Source: Octopus bimaculoides (lineage: Eukaryota). Taken from it: a DNA stretch of 64,000 bases. The position numbers and the translations under genes are program-made. This document shows, piece by piece, positions 25,101 to 37,781 of this stretch (position 1 is the stretch's first letter; every line of letters starts with the position of its first letter). The notes under the pieces are model-generated. The model did no database searches and was not told the DNA's origin. It was given only the letters and a program-made list of their open reading frames with translations. The stretch is taken from assembly GCF_001194135.2 (NCBI RefSeq), contig NC_068981.1, positions 187,197,964 to 187,261,963 of the forward strand, read 5' to 3'.

Positions 25101-28100
25101 CTGGAATCAGTAATACAACTCTATAATCCTGGGGGGAAAAAAGAATAAAGAAATTAATTCAGTCAAAGCTGAAACTAATTAATTTATAACTACAGGCATG
25201 GCTGCATGGTTAAGAAGTTTGTTTGTCAACCACATGGCTTTGGGTTCAGTCTCACTAAGTGGCACTTTGCGTAAGTGACTTCTACTATCGATTTGGACTG
25301 ACAAAAGCTTTGTGAATCATCATCATCATTTAACGTCCGCTTTCCATGCTAGCATGGGTTGGACGATTTGACTGAGGACTGGCGAACCAGATAGCTGCAC
25401 CAGGCTCCAATCTGATCTGGCAGATACTTTGGGTTGGCCCAGGGCTATAATAGAAGACAATTGTCCATAGTGACATGCAGCAAAAGCACACAAATGGTAA
25501 GCAAGCTTCTAAACAGTCATGCTCTACGTATAAAATCCTGCTTTAACTAGTTCCTCCATCTAACCCATTCTATCATGGAGAATTAGACCTTAAACAATTA
25601 AACAAACAAATGAAATGATATAAAATATATCAAAGATTAACAGTCATGAAAAGTAGATTAAACAAACATTTAGCTTCTGGCATATTACCCAACAACAGAC
25701 CAGTCTTATTTCTTTATTGCCCACAAGGGGCTAAACATAGAGGGGACAAACAAAGACAGACAAAGGGATTAAGTCCATTACATCGACCCAGTGCGTAACT
25801 GGTACTCAATTTATCGACCCCGAAAGGATGAAAGGCAAAGTCGACCTCGGCGGAATTTGAACTCAGAATTTAACAGCAGACGAAATACCGCTAAGGAATT
25901 CGCCCGGGGTGCTAACGTTTCTGCCAGCTCATCGCCTTAACAACAGACCAGTCTGCGCAACTTTCTAGGTTCTGGGACATTTTTAAAATTCACCCATAGA
26001 CAAAAAACTTTCACAGAGTGAAAAGAAAAAAGAAAAAAACTTACACTTAAGTCTTTACGAGGAATTCCTAGTTTGGTTTCTAAAGCTGTCGCCCAAATAG
26101 TTTCAAGATCAGCCAGAACAGAAGAAAAAGTTCCACCTGGTCCTTTGTGTATGTTTAGTTGACTGTATCTGATTGGCCAATGTAAATTATAACAATCTGT
26201 CGTTCGAACATATAAAGCCTGGAAAGATAAAGGTTGAAGTTCACAGAGGAATTTAGGATTATTGGAGATTATTACAAAGCTGCAAAAATAGCAATTGAAA
26301 ACCCATCATCACTGTCTTTAACATCTACTTTTCCATACTTGCATGGGTTAGATGGAGTGCATTGAGGCAGATTTCTTCAGCCAGATGCCATTCCAGTTGC
26401 CAACCTTCCAGTCCCCATTTGTTGACCCTTAAGCTGATTCAATATCCACATGTCCTTCAATCATTTCTTCTCAATCTATTCCCTAAACCACATCACTGGT
26501 ATGATGACGGGTAATATTACACCTAGTCATACTCATTCCACCTTATACAACAGTCTGTATCTTTTAAATCTCTTTCATCAAAATGATTGGGTAATAAGGG
26601 ATTATAACTGATCTGTTAGTGTCTGATACTCCCCTCCATTTACTCTCCCTAATTACACACCATCACTCCCTCATCCTCCTGTAAAGCCATCCATCACTCC
26701 CTCATCCTTCTGTAAAGCCATCCATCACTCCCTCATCCTCCTGTAAAGCCATCCATCACTCCCTCATCCTCCTGTAAAGCCAAACATTACTCCCTTTTCC
26801 TCAGGTTCTTCTTTCCTTGACACCCAGTCTTCCTATAACATTACCACTTGGAATAGCCATTACTCTCTCTTCCCTAACCCTAACCAGTTATCACCACCCT
26901 ACCTTTTCCTTCCTCATAGTCACCACCCTTTTCCTCTAGATTAGGGGTTTTAAAACTGTGGTCCGCAAGGACAAGACAGGGGGTCTGTGGACAGCAAATA
27001 CTTTTTATGGGCAATTTGATTTTATATATGTTTTTTAATCGAAATCTTTTAATTGACAATAAACCTATTTGTTAAATACTGTTAAATAAATAAATGTAAA
27101 AATATATGTTATTTTAAGCAAATATTTATGTATAAATTTCATAAGCATTTATAAGGGGGTCCCTAAGGTAAAGCCTGAAATATAAAGGGGTCCGCAAGTC
27201 AAAAAGTTTGAAAACCCCTGCTCTAGATGATGTTACTAAGATTCATCACACTCTTACCACTAACCATTTCTATGGCAACCCATCACATGTCCTCTCTCTC
27301 TTACCAAAGATGTGACAGATATCAGTGCTTCTCTCCCACTTCCATCTCACTACATTCTACCATTACCGTCCCATTGCTCCCTACCATTATTGTCTCTCTC
27401 TCAATTATCCCTGCCATTACTGTCTTTTCTTCCTTTACTCCTTATTGCACTGCCTTACCCCACCTCTTGCACTCCATTCTCCCTCTCACCTTCGTACATC
27501 TACTGCAATCACCCTCTCTTCATCTGATGTCATTGCTCTGAATGAACAGAGAAAACAGAGTGATGGGGATCTCTTACTTTGTGGGGTACAATGCAACCTC
27601 AATGGAGATGATGTCAAGATAAAATGCACCCAATATATTCTAAAGTGCATGAGAAATAAATTGAGGTAACACAAGATCAAAGAGACCCTTCAGTCATGTC
27701 TTGTTACGGACATCACAGCCTCTTTAAATGCTGGTTTCACAATGAAATAACACCCAGTACACTCTGTAAAGTAGATGGCATTAGGGATGACACCCTGCTG
27801 TAGAAACCATGTCAAAAACAGAACATACAAGTGAAATACAGTTGTCTGACACTTTTAATAGGGCAGTAACTGTGAGTGGGAGCTCTCTTGAGAATGTAAT
27901 GACCCATCCAACTATGCTAGCATGGAAAATGGATAAAGAACAATGATCATGATAGACACATACATACTCTTTTACTTGTTTCAGTCATTTGACTGCGGCC
28001 ATGCTGGAGTCGAGCCTTTAGTCGAGCAAATCGACCCCTAGACTTATTCTTTGGATGCCTAGTACTTATTCTATCGGTCTCTTTTGCCGAACCGCTAAGT

Positions 28101-31100
28101 TACAGGGACATAAACACACCAGCATCGGTTGTCAAGCGATGTTGGGGGGACAAACACAGACATACAAACATATACACATACATACATATATATGCATATA
28201 TACGACGGGCTTCTTTCAGTTTCCGTCTACCAAATCCACTCACAAGGCTTTGGTCAGCCCAAGGCTATAGTAGAAGACACTTGCCCAATGTGCCACGCAG
28301 TGGGAATGAACCCGGAACCATGTGGATGGTAAGCAAGCTACTTACCACACAGCCACTCCTGCGCCTATTGTAAATATATATGGATTGGATTCAGTCCACT
28401 GTAGGACGAAGGCATCAGCATGTTCTTCCCATCAACCACAGTCTGGTGTGGAGGCCATGAATTTGAGCTTGAGATCATACTAATTTGGTGAGCCTACTCT
28501 GCCACACTGGCTTCACATGGCTTGGCAGAAGTATGCAGTTTTTATACTCTTACCGAGAAGTAGTTAAGTCAATAACATCAACCCCAGTGCTGAGCTGGCA
28601 TTTATTTTATCAACCTTGAAAGGATGAAAGCCAAAGTTGACCACAGAATGTAAGGCAGGACAAAATACTGCTAAGCATTTCACCTGATATATTATATGGG
28701 GCCAGGGGGGTAACTGGTGACAGCATTTAACTGCAGATTTCATGAGAGGACCTATATTGCATTTATAAAAATACATAAGTATGTCGTTGCTTACTTCTTC
28801 CCCAATCAAGAACTCAGGTTTATCAATTGTACTGGTCCAATTCAATGAAGAATGTGTATCAGTCCATTCGCCTAAAACACAGCTGTTGTAAGTTGCAAGC
28901 TGAAAAACAAAATAGAAGTATCATATTACCAGACAATCAACGGAAACAATGATAAAGACACAGGGAATTGTCAGTCAGAATAATGGTAGTCCGTTCGTTG
29001 CCAGTACCGCTGGACTGGCTCCTGTGCAGGTGGCACGTAAAATACACCATTTTGAGCGTGGCCGTTGCCAGTACCTCCTGACTGGCCTTTGTGCCGGTGG
29101 CACGTAATAGCACCCACTACACTCTCAGAGTGGTTGGCGTGAGGAAGGGCATCCAGCTGTAGAAACTGCCAAAACAGATTGGAGCCTGGTGTAGCTATCT
29201 GGTTCACCAGTCCTCAGTCAAATCGTCCAACCCATGCTAGCATGGAAANNNNNNNNNNNNNNNNNNNNNNNNNNNNNNNNNNNNNNNNNNNNNNNNNNNN
29301 NNNNNNNNNNNNNNNNNNNNNNNNNNNNNNNNNNNNNNNNNNNNNNNNNNNNNNNNNNNNNNNNNNNNNNNNNNNNNNNNNNNNNNNNNNNNNNNNNNNN
29401 NNNNNNNNNNNNNNNNNNNNNNNNNNNNNNNNNNNNNNNNNNNNNNNNNNNNNNNNNNNNNNNNNNNNNNNNNNNNNNNNNNNNNNNNNNNNNNNNNNNN
29501 NNNNNNNNNNNNNNNNNNNNNNNNNNNNNNNNNNNNNNNNNNNNNNNNNNNNNNNNNNNNNNNNNNNNNNNNNNNNNNNNNNNNNNNNNNNNNNNNNNNN
29601 NNNNNNNNNNNNNNNNNNNNNNNNNNNNNNNNNNNNNNNNNNNNNNNNNNNNNNNNNNNNNNNNNNNNNNNNNNNNNNNNNNNNNNNNNNNNNNNNNNNN
29701 NNNNNNNNNNNNNNNNNNNNNNNNNNNNNNNNNNNNNNNNNNNNNNNNNNNNNNNNNNNNNNNNNNNNNNNNNNNNNNNNNNNNNNNNNNNNNNNNNNNN
29801 NNNNNNNNNNNNNNNNNNNNNNNNNNNNNNNNNNNNNNNNNNNNNNNNNNNNNNNNNNNNNNNNNNNNNNNNNNNNNNNNNNNNNNNNNNNNNNNNNNNN
29901 NNNNNNNNNNNNNNNNNNNNNNNNNNNNNNNNNNNNNNNNNNNNNNNNNNNNNNNNNNNNNNNNNNNNNNNNNNNNNNNNNNNNNNNNNNNNNNNNNNNN
30001 NNNNNNNNNNNNNNNNNNNNNNNNNNNNNNNNNNNNNNNNNNNNNNNNNNNNNNNNNNNNNNNNNNNNNNNNNNNNNNNNNNNNNNNNNNNNNNNNNNNN
30101 NNNNNNNNNNNNNNNNNNNNNNNNNNNNNNNNNNNNNNNNNNNNNNNNNNNNNNNNNNNNNNNNNNNNNNNNNNNNNNNNNNNNNNNNNNNNNNNNNNNN
30201 NNNNNNNNNNNNNNNNNNNNNNNNNNNNNNNNNNNNNAACCTTTTCTTCAATTGTGTTCCAGAAATCACATTAATATGTCAATAAATTAAAAAGTTTCAG
30301 TTGTTTAATGAAACCAGTCTAAATTCATGATTATTTAAAAATTTAATTGAAAGTCATTACTTAGATATATAGTAAAGAAAGGGTTAAAGGGTTAGGAAAA
30401 GGGTCAGAGATATAATAATTTCTCACTCAGGAATAGAAAAAAAAAAAAAGATAAAACTAATGTTTTGTTATTTCCATTATACTTCAGACTTCCAAAATAA
30501 CAAAAGGTGCAAGTATGGGTTCGTGTAAGAAATTTGGTTTCCCAACCACATGATTCTGGGTGGGTTCGTTTGCACTGTATGGTACCTTGGGCAAGTGTGC
30601 TCTGCTACAGCCTCAGCTGACCAAAATCTTGTGAATGAATTTGGTAGATGGAAACTGAAAGAAACTCAATGTTTATATCTATCAGTGTGCGTGTGTGGTG
30701 TGTGTCAGTATCTCCTTGTCTTAACATCACATGATAGTTGTAAATGTGTGTGACCAACACGCCAGTAACATCCATTTCCAATCTTTCACAAAAACTTGTC
30801 AGAGAAATATTGGTGTTACTTTGGTATGCGATCTACATGTCATAAAACTGCTTTGGTATGCAATCTACACTTTATATTGTGATTTACAAGAAAAGTTACG
30901 AGAAAAAACTCTGTTGATCTATTTCTTACTTTTCTCGCTGTTCATTTGATTCATCAATAAAATTAGTAAACTTGTTTCAAATTTGCATCATTCTAATTTC
31001 TTTTTAATAATAATTGTATAAAATGTATAAAAAATTTAATTATCTATTTTTTACTCTTCTAGCTGATGTTCATTCGATTTGCCCATCGTTTTAATTTTTT

Positions 31101-32941
31101 TAAATAGATGTATAAAAATGTAATAATGTTTTATTTAAGCCATAATAAATAAATGAAACATGTAGCTCACATACTAAAGTAGAATTTGACTCTTGTAGAT
31201 CATGTTGGTTACGTAGATCGCATTTCAAAATAGCACTGAAATATTTACCATGTTTGGAAACAGGCAAGAGTTGGCAACAGGAGGGCCATCTAGCTACAGA
31301 AAATATACTGCAACAAATTCCATATGGACCTTGGGAGTTTGGAAAATTGGATGCCAAAAGACTGAAGAGTATCAAAAGTTCTACGTCTATAGCATTACCT
31401 GTTTTTGGGAAGTTGCTGATCGATACTCTCCAAGATTATTTGGCCAGCTAAGTAATGCTTCCTCTGCTTGTTTCAACCCACGCCGCTGCTGTAGTTTGGC
31501 TTCAGCATGCTGAGAATAAAGGATTAGAAACACAGAAATAATATTCAATGTACAAGAGTTCAGTGCAGCAGTAATTCAATGAACTGGATTTATTTTGGGG
31601 ACTCAAATAATATCAAATGAGGTTAGCCAAGCATTTTCCTTTGCATTTATCACTTTGTGACACGTCTTGACATGTTGTGCACTCTTTGTAAACAAGGGCT
31701 CTTTAAACAGTGCTTTTTGCTTTCAGTTCCCCACATAAAACATGTCCAGGCTGTCAGTTGTTCCATAGAATGGGAGATTATTACCTCACTCGGAAACAAG
31801 ATGAAGTTAACCTTTTCGTTACTGTATTTATTTCGAGATGCTCTGTGTTTCTTTCAATGTTAAATACAACAAAGGATTTAGTAAAATAACTTAGTTATCA
31901 TTAAGCTAGTGTTAGGAACATAAATTGTGACTAAGGTTTGGTGGAAGGTTTTAATTCAAAATCTATGAAAATAAGACATTTGTACTCAGAGCCAGAGGCA
32001 GTTTCAGCTGGGTTGGTAACGAAAGGGTTAAAGACAGGAAGCACATCTGACTGTAAGAAATCTCTGCTTCAATGTACTCACATCGGATCCAAGTGAGTAT
32101 GGAAAAGCAAATATTAAAACATTGGCAATGATGATGATGATGATGATGAATCTGGAGGAAGGAGCAATGCACATGGCATCTGCAGGCCCTTTGAGGCTGG
32201 TGAGATTGATGCCATTAACCCTTTAGCATTCAGATTACTCTATCAAATTTAATGCTTATTCATTTGCATTGTTTTGAATTGATCTTGCATTACTTTGTAA
32301 GTTCAAGATTTTGATGACATGATTATAATGCCAACCAGGTTATAAGCTCTGCAGATGAATTGACCTGCATATCCTCTGCATCCCACTCCAATGGGATCAT
32401 GCTTTGTTTGCCACCAACTGCTTTGGCATAGCTCCACCAGCACAGCATATTCCTTTCTCTTACTCTCATTATTATCAAAGAAAGAGAAACAAAACAATAT
32501 ACCTGACACTCTTTCTTAACTAGCCACGGATCTTCATATCTTTTCTGACCAGGAACCTTATGTCTGCGGGCAATACAGTGTGGTATTGAGACAGGAAGGG
32601 AATCTGATGCTCGTCCAATTCGAAGATTCTGTGATCCAGGGTGAATCACAATAATGTGATTTACTTGAATGGGCTGCAAAGGTAAAAATAACATGTAACA
32701 CCATCAAGAGACTCAAACATCAACATCAAAATTTTTGGGGTCAATTAAACTCATCTTTGGAGGTGAAAAATATTTTATTAAGTAAGGAATGGCTGTGTGG
32801 TAAGTAGCTTGCTTACCAACCACATGGTTCCAGGTTCAGTCCCACTGAGTGGCACATTGGGCAAATGTCTTCTACTATAGCCTTGGGCTGACCAAAACCT
32901 TGTGAGTGGATTTGGCAGATGGAAACTGAAAGAAGCTAGTC

Positions 32942-33028
<87 letters not shown>

Positions 33029-33963
33029 TATCTATGTGTTTATGTTTGTTTGTCCTCACACCATTGCTTGACAACCAATGTTGGTGTGTTGACGTCCCCG
33101 TAGCTTAGCGGTTCAGCAAAAGAGGCCGATAGAAAAAGCACTAGGCTTACAAAGAATAAGTCCTGGGGTAGATTTGTTCGACTAAAGGCAGATCTCCAGC
33201 ATGGCCACAGTCAAGAAGAATGAAACAAATAAAAGAATCGACAAATTTAAAAACACCCAGTACACCTTGTAAAGTAGTTGGCATTTGGAAGGGCATCTCG
33301 CCATAGAAACCATGCTAATGCAGACATTGGCGTATGCTGCAATCCTCCAACTTGTCAGATCCTGTCAAACCATCCAATTGATTCCAGAATGTTAGTTGTA
33401 CATTAAATGAAGAAAATGACAATAAAAATGATATATGTGAGAGAGAGAGAGAGAGACACACATACACACACAAATTGAGCAACCTGTTCCTGGTTAATTA
33501 CTTATTTTGTTAATGCTTACAAAAATATGTAATTCTAAAAGAAGTTTACTCACCTCAAGATATGGAAGAGATTGAGGATATAACCTCTTGCCTGCTGTAG
33601 GAGCCATCAGTGGCCTCTTTTGTAAAATTTCCCCAATTTTGCTGGCTGACTTAGGAAGAGGCTCAAGTTTTGGCTTGAGGCTATCTTTATCCAGTTCCCT
33701 TGCTGGATTGGAAGATGCTTCCTGTGAAGATTCCGGTTTGATAGAATCTTCCAAGGAATCTAAGCCTTTGCATCTTCGTCCTTCTGGGATGTAGTCGTTA
33801 CTGCAACACTCATCATTGAAGTTGCAGTTTTTCTGTAACTTATTCAGGGTGGGTTTCTGTGGTGACAAGTCAAGACAAGGGAAGTCAGTCAGCTTGGAAG
33901 GTTCAAAAGAAGTACAGGGGTAACTGTTATCAGAATTCAGACAATCATTGAAGGGATCCAGTA
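12590..33963 (-). CDS. ACTR8: Actin-related protein 8 (INO80 subunit), 12 coding exons; first exon not resolved
   Basis: Exons with GT-AG ends and continuous frame: 33963-33554, 32673-32503, 31509-31399, 28899-28795, 26218-26045, 25128-25018, 21480-21365, 20242-20089, 18515-18276, 16649-16376, 14380-14217, 12733-12590 (TAA). Peptides IIVIHPGSQNLRIGRASD, ESVCATFGAGVSSACVLDVGDQKTSVCCVEDG, DYGGSDITRCF, KKKMYSCILVIGGG and WKGASVLSCLDTTQELWI...RILRERAPFIW* match ARP8 as I recall it. Minus-strand AATAAA near 12491-12496. Confidence 0.96.
15575..16262 (-). mobile_element. CR1-clade LINE, 5'-truncated (RT C-terminus and 3' UTR)
   Basis: LYMAMVRPHLEFASPGWNPYLAQDIDFLGTVQRCATKRIP follows the CR1 RT C-terminal pattern. 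Tail GTTGTAGTGCACCTGAGC followed by (AAT)n. Confidence 0.85.
17731..18253. mobile_element. Palindromic non-autonomous retroelement: back-to-back tRNA-derived heads, a hammerhead motif in each arm, 14-bp TSD
   Basis: Arms at about 17731-17972 and 17982-18220 are near-perfect reverse complements. ATCAACAAATTTGT is repeated at 17717-17730 and 18254-18267. A box at 17982-17992, B box GTTCGATTCC at 18027-18036, CTGATGA-A-GGCTG..CAGCC-GAAAC at 18121-18153. Confidence 0.85.
22818..23180 (-). mobile_element. tRNA-derived SINE family A (CORE-like centre, internal microsatellite); representative copy
   Basis: Head GGAGTGGCTGTGTGGTAAG..GGTTCAGTCCC, MIR-core-like CCTTGGGCAAGTGTCTT, tail CAGCATGGCCGCAGTCAAATGACTGAAACAAGTAAAAGA. 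Other copies at about 8998-9260, 13336-13714, 19321-19700, 27966-28368, 32785-33235, 47376-47660, 52528-52873, 55472-55740, 57350-57706, 61072-61455. Confidence 0.85.
23195..23392 (-). mobile_element. Diverged monomeric relative of the 17.7-kb element (tRNA head, decayed hammerhead, same tail)
   Basis: Minus strand reads ...GGTTCTGAGTTCAATCTCAGGC...AAGACAGTTGAAAGAAGGCTG(10 nt)CAGCCGAAACGTAGTG...AATTCCTCATCTCAGAAATATAG, compared with the tail AATTCCTCATCTCTTAAATATAG at 18222-18244. Confidence 0.65.
24505..24768 (+). mobile_element. tRNA-derived SINE family C; representative copy
   Basis: GGCGAGCTGGCAGAA..GAGTTCAAATTCC head and centre GGTCGACTTTGCCTTTCATCCT..GGGGTCGATAAATTAAGTACCAG (resembles, from memory, the Meta/MESC domain). 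Copies at about 12155-12358, 12915-13065, 25705-25940, 35125-35340, 49340-49570, 60230-60450. This copy has an internal 32-bp duplication near 24630-24695. Confidence 0.8.
26660..26781 (+). repeat. 31-bp minisatellite, about 4 copies
   Basis: CCATCACTCCCTCATCCTCCTGTAAAGCCAT units start at 26660, 26691, 26722, 26753. Confidence 0.9.
26942..27220. mobile_element. hAT (Charlie-like) MITE
   Basis: TIRs TAGGGGTTTTAAAACT / AGTTTGAAAACCCCTG with a perfect 8-bp TSD CTCTAGAT at 26934-26941 and 27221-27228. Confidence 0.9.
29229..30237. other. Assembly gap (N). Others at 12885-12910, 36781-37773, 41975-42013, 47109-47375, 48501-48590, 50580-50589, 60061-60153
   Basis: Runs of n; the X-filled ORFs across them are artefacts. 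Confidence 0.99.
31807..32031. mobile_element. TTAA-flanked piggyBac-like MITE
   Basis: TTAA|CCTTTTCGTTAC...GTAACGAAAGGG|TTAA; interior matches the 53.1-kb copies. Confidence 0.8.
32942..33024. repeat. (TA)n microsatellite inside a family A SINE; many other (TA)n, (CA)n, (AAT)n and (TATG)n tracts in the window
   Basis: Direct reading; other examples at 8963-8997, 13085-13112, 36668-36720, 54242-54283. Confidence 0.95.
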
Positions 33964-34613
33964 CTAGAAAATAAAATAAAAACAATTATTGCATGTATCT
34001 ATATGTAACAGACCCATCACCAGACTTTGGTGCCTGGGCAGTGGTAATGGTGGTGGAGGGGAAGGCGGCGAAGTCAAAGGTATTGATGGTGGTGGCATGA
34101 GAAGTTTGAATGGTGTGTATATTTCAGTTGTCATGACAATGGTGGTACTGGCGATGGTGATGGTTGAAAACAATCAACAGAAAGAGAGAGAGAAAGAAAG
34201 GGGTTAGACAGATAAAAAAAAAATTGTACTGACCCCTGAATGGGAAGACAAAAAAATGTTATTTATCATGCACCTTTGCAAGAAGTTGCAATTTGACCAA
34301 TTATATCATTTTGATAAAAATTGTTCATTACTTGAAAAATATTGGTCAAGTTTAATAAAATTTAATATGTACTCAATGCATGAAGTATCATTGTTGGGCC
34401 CAAGGCCCAATGAAGAGCCCTCCACAGGAGCTAGCTTAAAAGCTAGTTTGTACAGGCTTTGTCGATTCGATGGTGGGAGTGTGCTTATGTCTACACAAAC
34501 ATTTGATCACTATAAACAAATCATTTGTGTGGTTGTTCGATAAGAAATTGTCAAATCCTCATACGTCATCTAATGATTGGAGAGTCTATAATTTTTATTT
34601 ATGTATGTATATA

Positions 34614-34649
<36 letters not shown>

Positions 34650-35547
34650 CATACATACATATATATATATATATATTTGTATAGGTCACACACATTACTT
34701 GGGATTATTTTCTAGTTCACTAGTGCATGTGTCTGTATATATTACTGAGAGGAGCTGGCAGGATTATTATTAGCATATCAGACAAAATGTTTAGAGGCAT
34801 TTTGCCCATCTTTACGTCCTGAGCTCAAACACTGCCGAGGTAGACTTTGTCATTCATTCTTTAGGATAAGTAAAATAAAGTCCCAGTATAGTACTGGGAT
34901 CAAAGCTTCTAAAATTTTGAGGCCTTGTGTCTATAATAGAAAGAACTATTATAATTAATATTAATAAAATTATTATATTTCTATCAAAACCAATTGAGCA
35001 ATTGATTTCAGCATATTCTGATTATTTGCCAAGATTTTTCTCAACTTCAGAGTACGAAGCTGATTGGTAAATTTAATTATATGAGAATATAATATTGCAT
35101 TTCATTAATAATATGTCCACTCTAAGGTGGCGAGCTGACAGAAACGTTAGCATGCCAGGTGAAGTGCTTAGTAGTATTTCGTCTGTCTTTACATTCTGAG
35201 TTCAAATTCTGCCGAGGTCAACTTTGCCTTTCATCTTTTTGTTGGGTCGACAAAGTACCATTTGTGTACTGGAGTTGATCTAATCGACTGGCCTCCCCCT
35301 CCCCACCAAATTTCGGGCCTTGTACCTAGAATAGAAAAGAATAAAATGTTTTGAATGACACAACAATGCACTATAATACATACAATGGACTATAATAACT
35401 TGTAATTTAATCGTCCATAGTCTGCTATGATATATCGGAATAAAAATTCCTTCTTCAGATATCCCTAGGAATTGATGGAGTTGTCTACTCTACCAACAAA
35501 TACGAGTGCTTGTTTTTTATAACTCATGAACTGTTAAACAATTATAT

Positions 35548-36375
35548 ATATCATCATCATCATTTAACGTCCTCTTTCCATGCTGGCATGGGTTGAACGG
35601 TTTGACAAGGAGCTGAAAAGCAGGGAGCTGTCAAGATTCCAACTGTCTGTTGTGTCATGATTTCTACAGCTGGATGTCTTTCCTAATGTTGTTGTTTGTT
35701 CCTTTTTGAGCCATGCCTGGCTCATAAGGGCCAGTTTCCCGGTTTCGTTGGCGTACAGGTTCCCCACCGGTCCATCTCAGGTAAGCTGCTAGATGCAGGA
35801 GGAAAGAGTGAGAGAAAATTGTGGAAAAAGAGTCAACAGAAGTTCGCTTAGGTGTTTCGCGCATAAAGACACATACTGCCCGGTCTGAGATTCAAACCCG
35901 CGGCCCCTCAACTACAAGTCTGCTGCTCTAACCACTAGGCCATGTGCCTCCACGTCCTTCCTAATGCCAACCACTTAACAGAGTGTGCATAATGGTTTTC
36001 ACCTGCCACAGGCACTAGTGCATTCACATAGCACCTGCACAGGTGTGTTAACACAGCACCAGCACAGGTGCTTTTTAAGTGGTACTGGCACCTGAAAGGA
36101 CAACCCTGTATGCATGGAAGACAGTGGTTTTACTTAGCTTGAAGTATCTTATCAACTACAGCAAATCACCACATCTCCCAGTCCCTTGTCATTTCCTCAA
36201 TGAGGCTCAGTGTCCGAAGATCCTTTCTCACCACTTCGTCTTAGGTTTTCCTGGGTCTACACTTTCCACAGGTACCCTTCACAATTAGAGCTCGGCACTT
36301 CTTTATGCTGCTGTCCTCATACATACGCATCATATGACCAAACCAGCGCAGTTTTCTCTCTTGCACACAATACAC
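35548..36375 (-). mobile_element. RTE LINE 3' end (ORF end plus 3' UTR) interrupted by a SINE at 35689-35953
   Basis: VQERKLRWFGHMMRMYEDSSIKKCRAL..GRPRKT-like peptide continues into the GTTGGCATTAGGAAGG...CATGCCAGCATGGAAA..(GAT)n tail. Confidence 0.75.
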
Positions 36376-36664
36376 ACACATATATATATATACATATGGC
36401 AACCCTTCGGTATTGGTACACGCCATTCAACCAACAGGACCTTCCCTCATGACATAGATAAAGAGGCTAGAATCAAGAAAATGGGTGAATAACGACGTCT
36501 ATTCACTGTCACTCTCTAGACCAATACCGAAGGAATGTCAAATAGATGTGTGTGTGTGTGTGTACAAACGAACAAAAGTATATATATTGAGCTAAGTCAA
36601 CCTGCTAATGGATACAACTCTAACTATGCATTCAGTACTACTTCAATTCGATAGTATACTCACA

Positions 36665-36735
<71 letters not shown>

Positions 36736-37773
36736 GTATGTATATGTATACACACACACACACACATTATATATATATATNNNNNNNNNNNNNNNNNNNN
36801 NNNNNNNNNNNNNNNNNNNNNNNNNNNNNNNNNNNNNNNNNNNNNNNNNNNNNNNNNNNNNNNNNNNNNNNNNNNNNNNNNNNNNNNNNNNNNNNNNNNN
36901 NNNNNNNNNNNNNNNNNNNNNNNNNNNNNNNNNNNNNNNNNNNNNNNNNNNNNNNNNNNNNNNNNNNNNNNNNNNNNNNNNNNNNNNNNNNNNNNNNNNN
37001 NNNNNNNNNNNNNNNNNNNNNNNNNNNNNNNNNNNNNNNNNNNNNNNNNNNNNNNNNNNNNNNNNNNNNNNNNNNNNNNNNNNNNNNNNNNNNNNNNNNN
37101 NNNNNNNNNNNNNNNNNNNNNNNNNNNNNNNNNNNNNNNNNNNNNNNNNNNNNNNNNNNNNNNNNNNNNNNNNNNNNNNNNNNNNNNNNNNNNNNNNNNN
37201 NNNNNNNNNNNNNNNNNNNNNNNNNNNNNNNNNNNNNNNNNNNNNNNNNNNNNNNNNNNNNNNNNNNNNNNNNNNNNNNNNNNNNNNNNNNNNNNNNNNN
37301 NNNNNNNNNNNNNNNNNNNNNNNNNNNNNNNNNNNNNNNNNNNNNNNNNNNNNNNNNNNNNNNNNNNNNNNNNNNNNNNNNNNNNNNNNNNNNNNNNNNN
37401 NNNNNNNNNNNNNNNNNNNNNNNNNNNNNNNNNNNNNNNNNNNNNNNNNNNNNNNNNNNNNNNNNNNNNNNNNNNNNNNNNNNNNNNNNNNNNNNNNNNN
37501 NNNNNNNNNNNNNNNNNNNNNNNNNNNNNNNNNNNNNNNNNNNNNNNNNNNNNNNNNNNNNNNNNNNNNNNNNNNNNNNNNNNNNNNNNNNNNNNNNNNN
37601 NNNNNNNNNNNNNNNNNNNNNNNNNNNNNNNNNNNNNNNNNNNNNNNNNNNNNNNNNNNNNNNNNNNNNNNNNNNNNNNNNNNNNNNNNNNNNNNNNNNN
37701 NNNNNNNNNNNNNNNNNNNNNNNNNNNNNNNNNNNNNNNNNNNNNNNNNNNNNNNNNNNNNNNNNNNNNNNNN

Positions 37774-37781
37774 TCAGCCAT
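37774..37781 (-). CDS. ACTR8: Candidate ACTR8 start codon, exon 1 running into the assembly gap
   Basis: Minus strand reads AAAAA-ATG-GCT-GA immediately before the N-gap at 36781-37773. Exon 33963-33554 begins in phase 1, so an upstream coding exon is required. Confidence 0.45.

Noticed and set aside
29179-30285. Long ORFs of 340-400 aa, also at 36608-37856 and 47019-47641
   Set aside because: They are runs of X across N-gaps.
35400-35520. Alternative ACTR8 first exon (MSYKKQALVFV)
   Set aside because: Only a weak GTAGAG donor; the ATG at 37781 has a better context. Neither is proven.
36405-36535. 14-bp inverted repeat CCTTCGGTATTGGT / ACCAATACCGAAGG
   Set aside because: Possibly a tiny MITE, but no TSD or second copy is visible.
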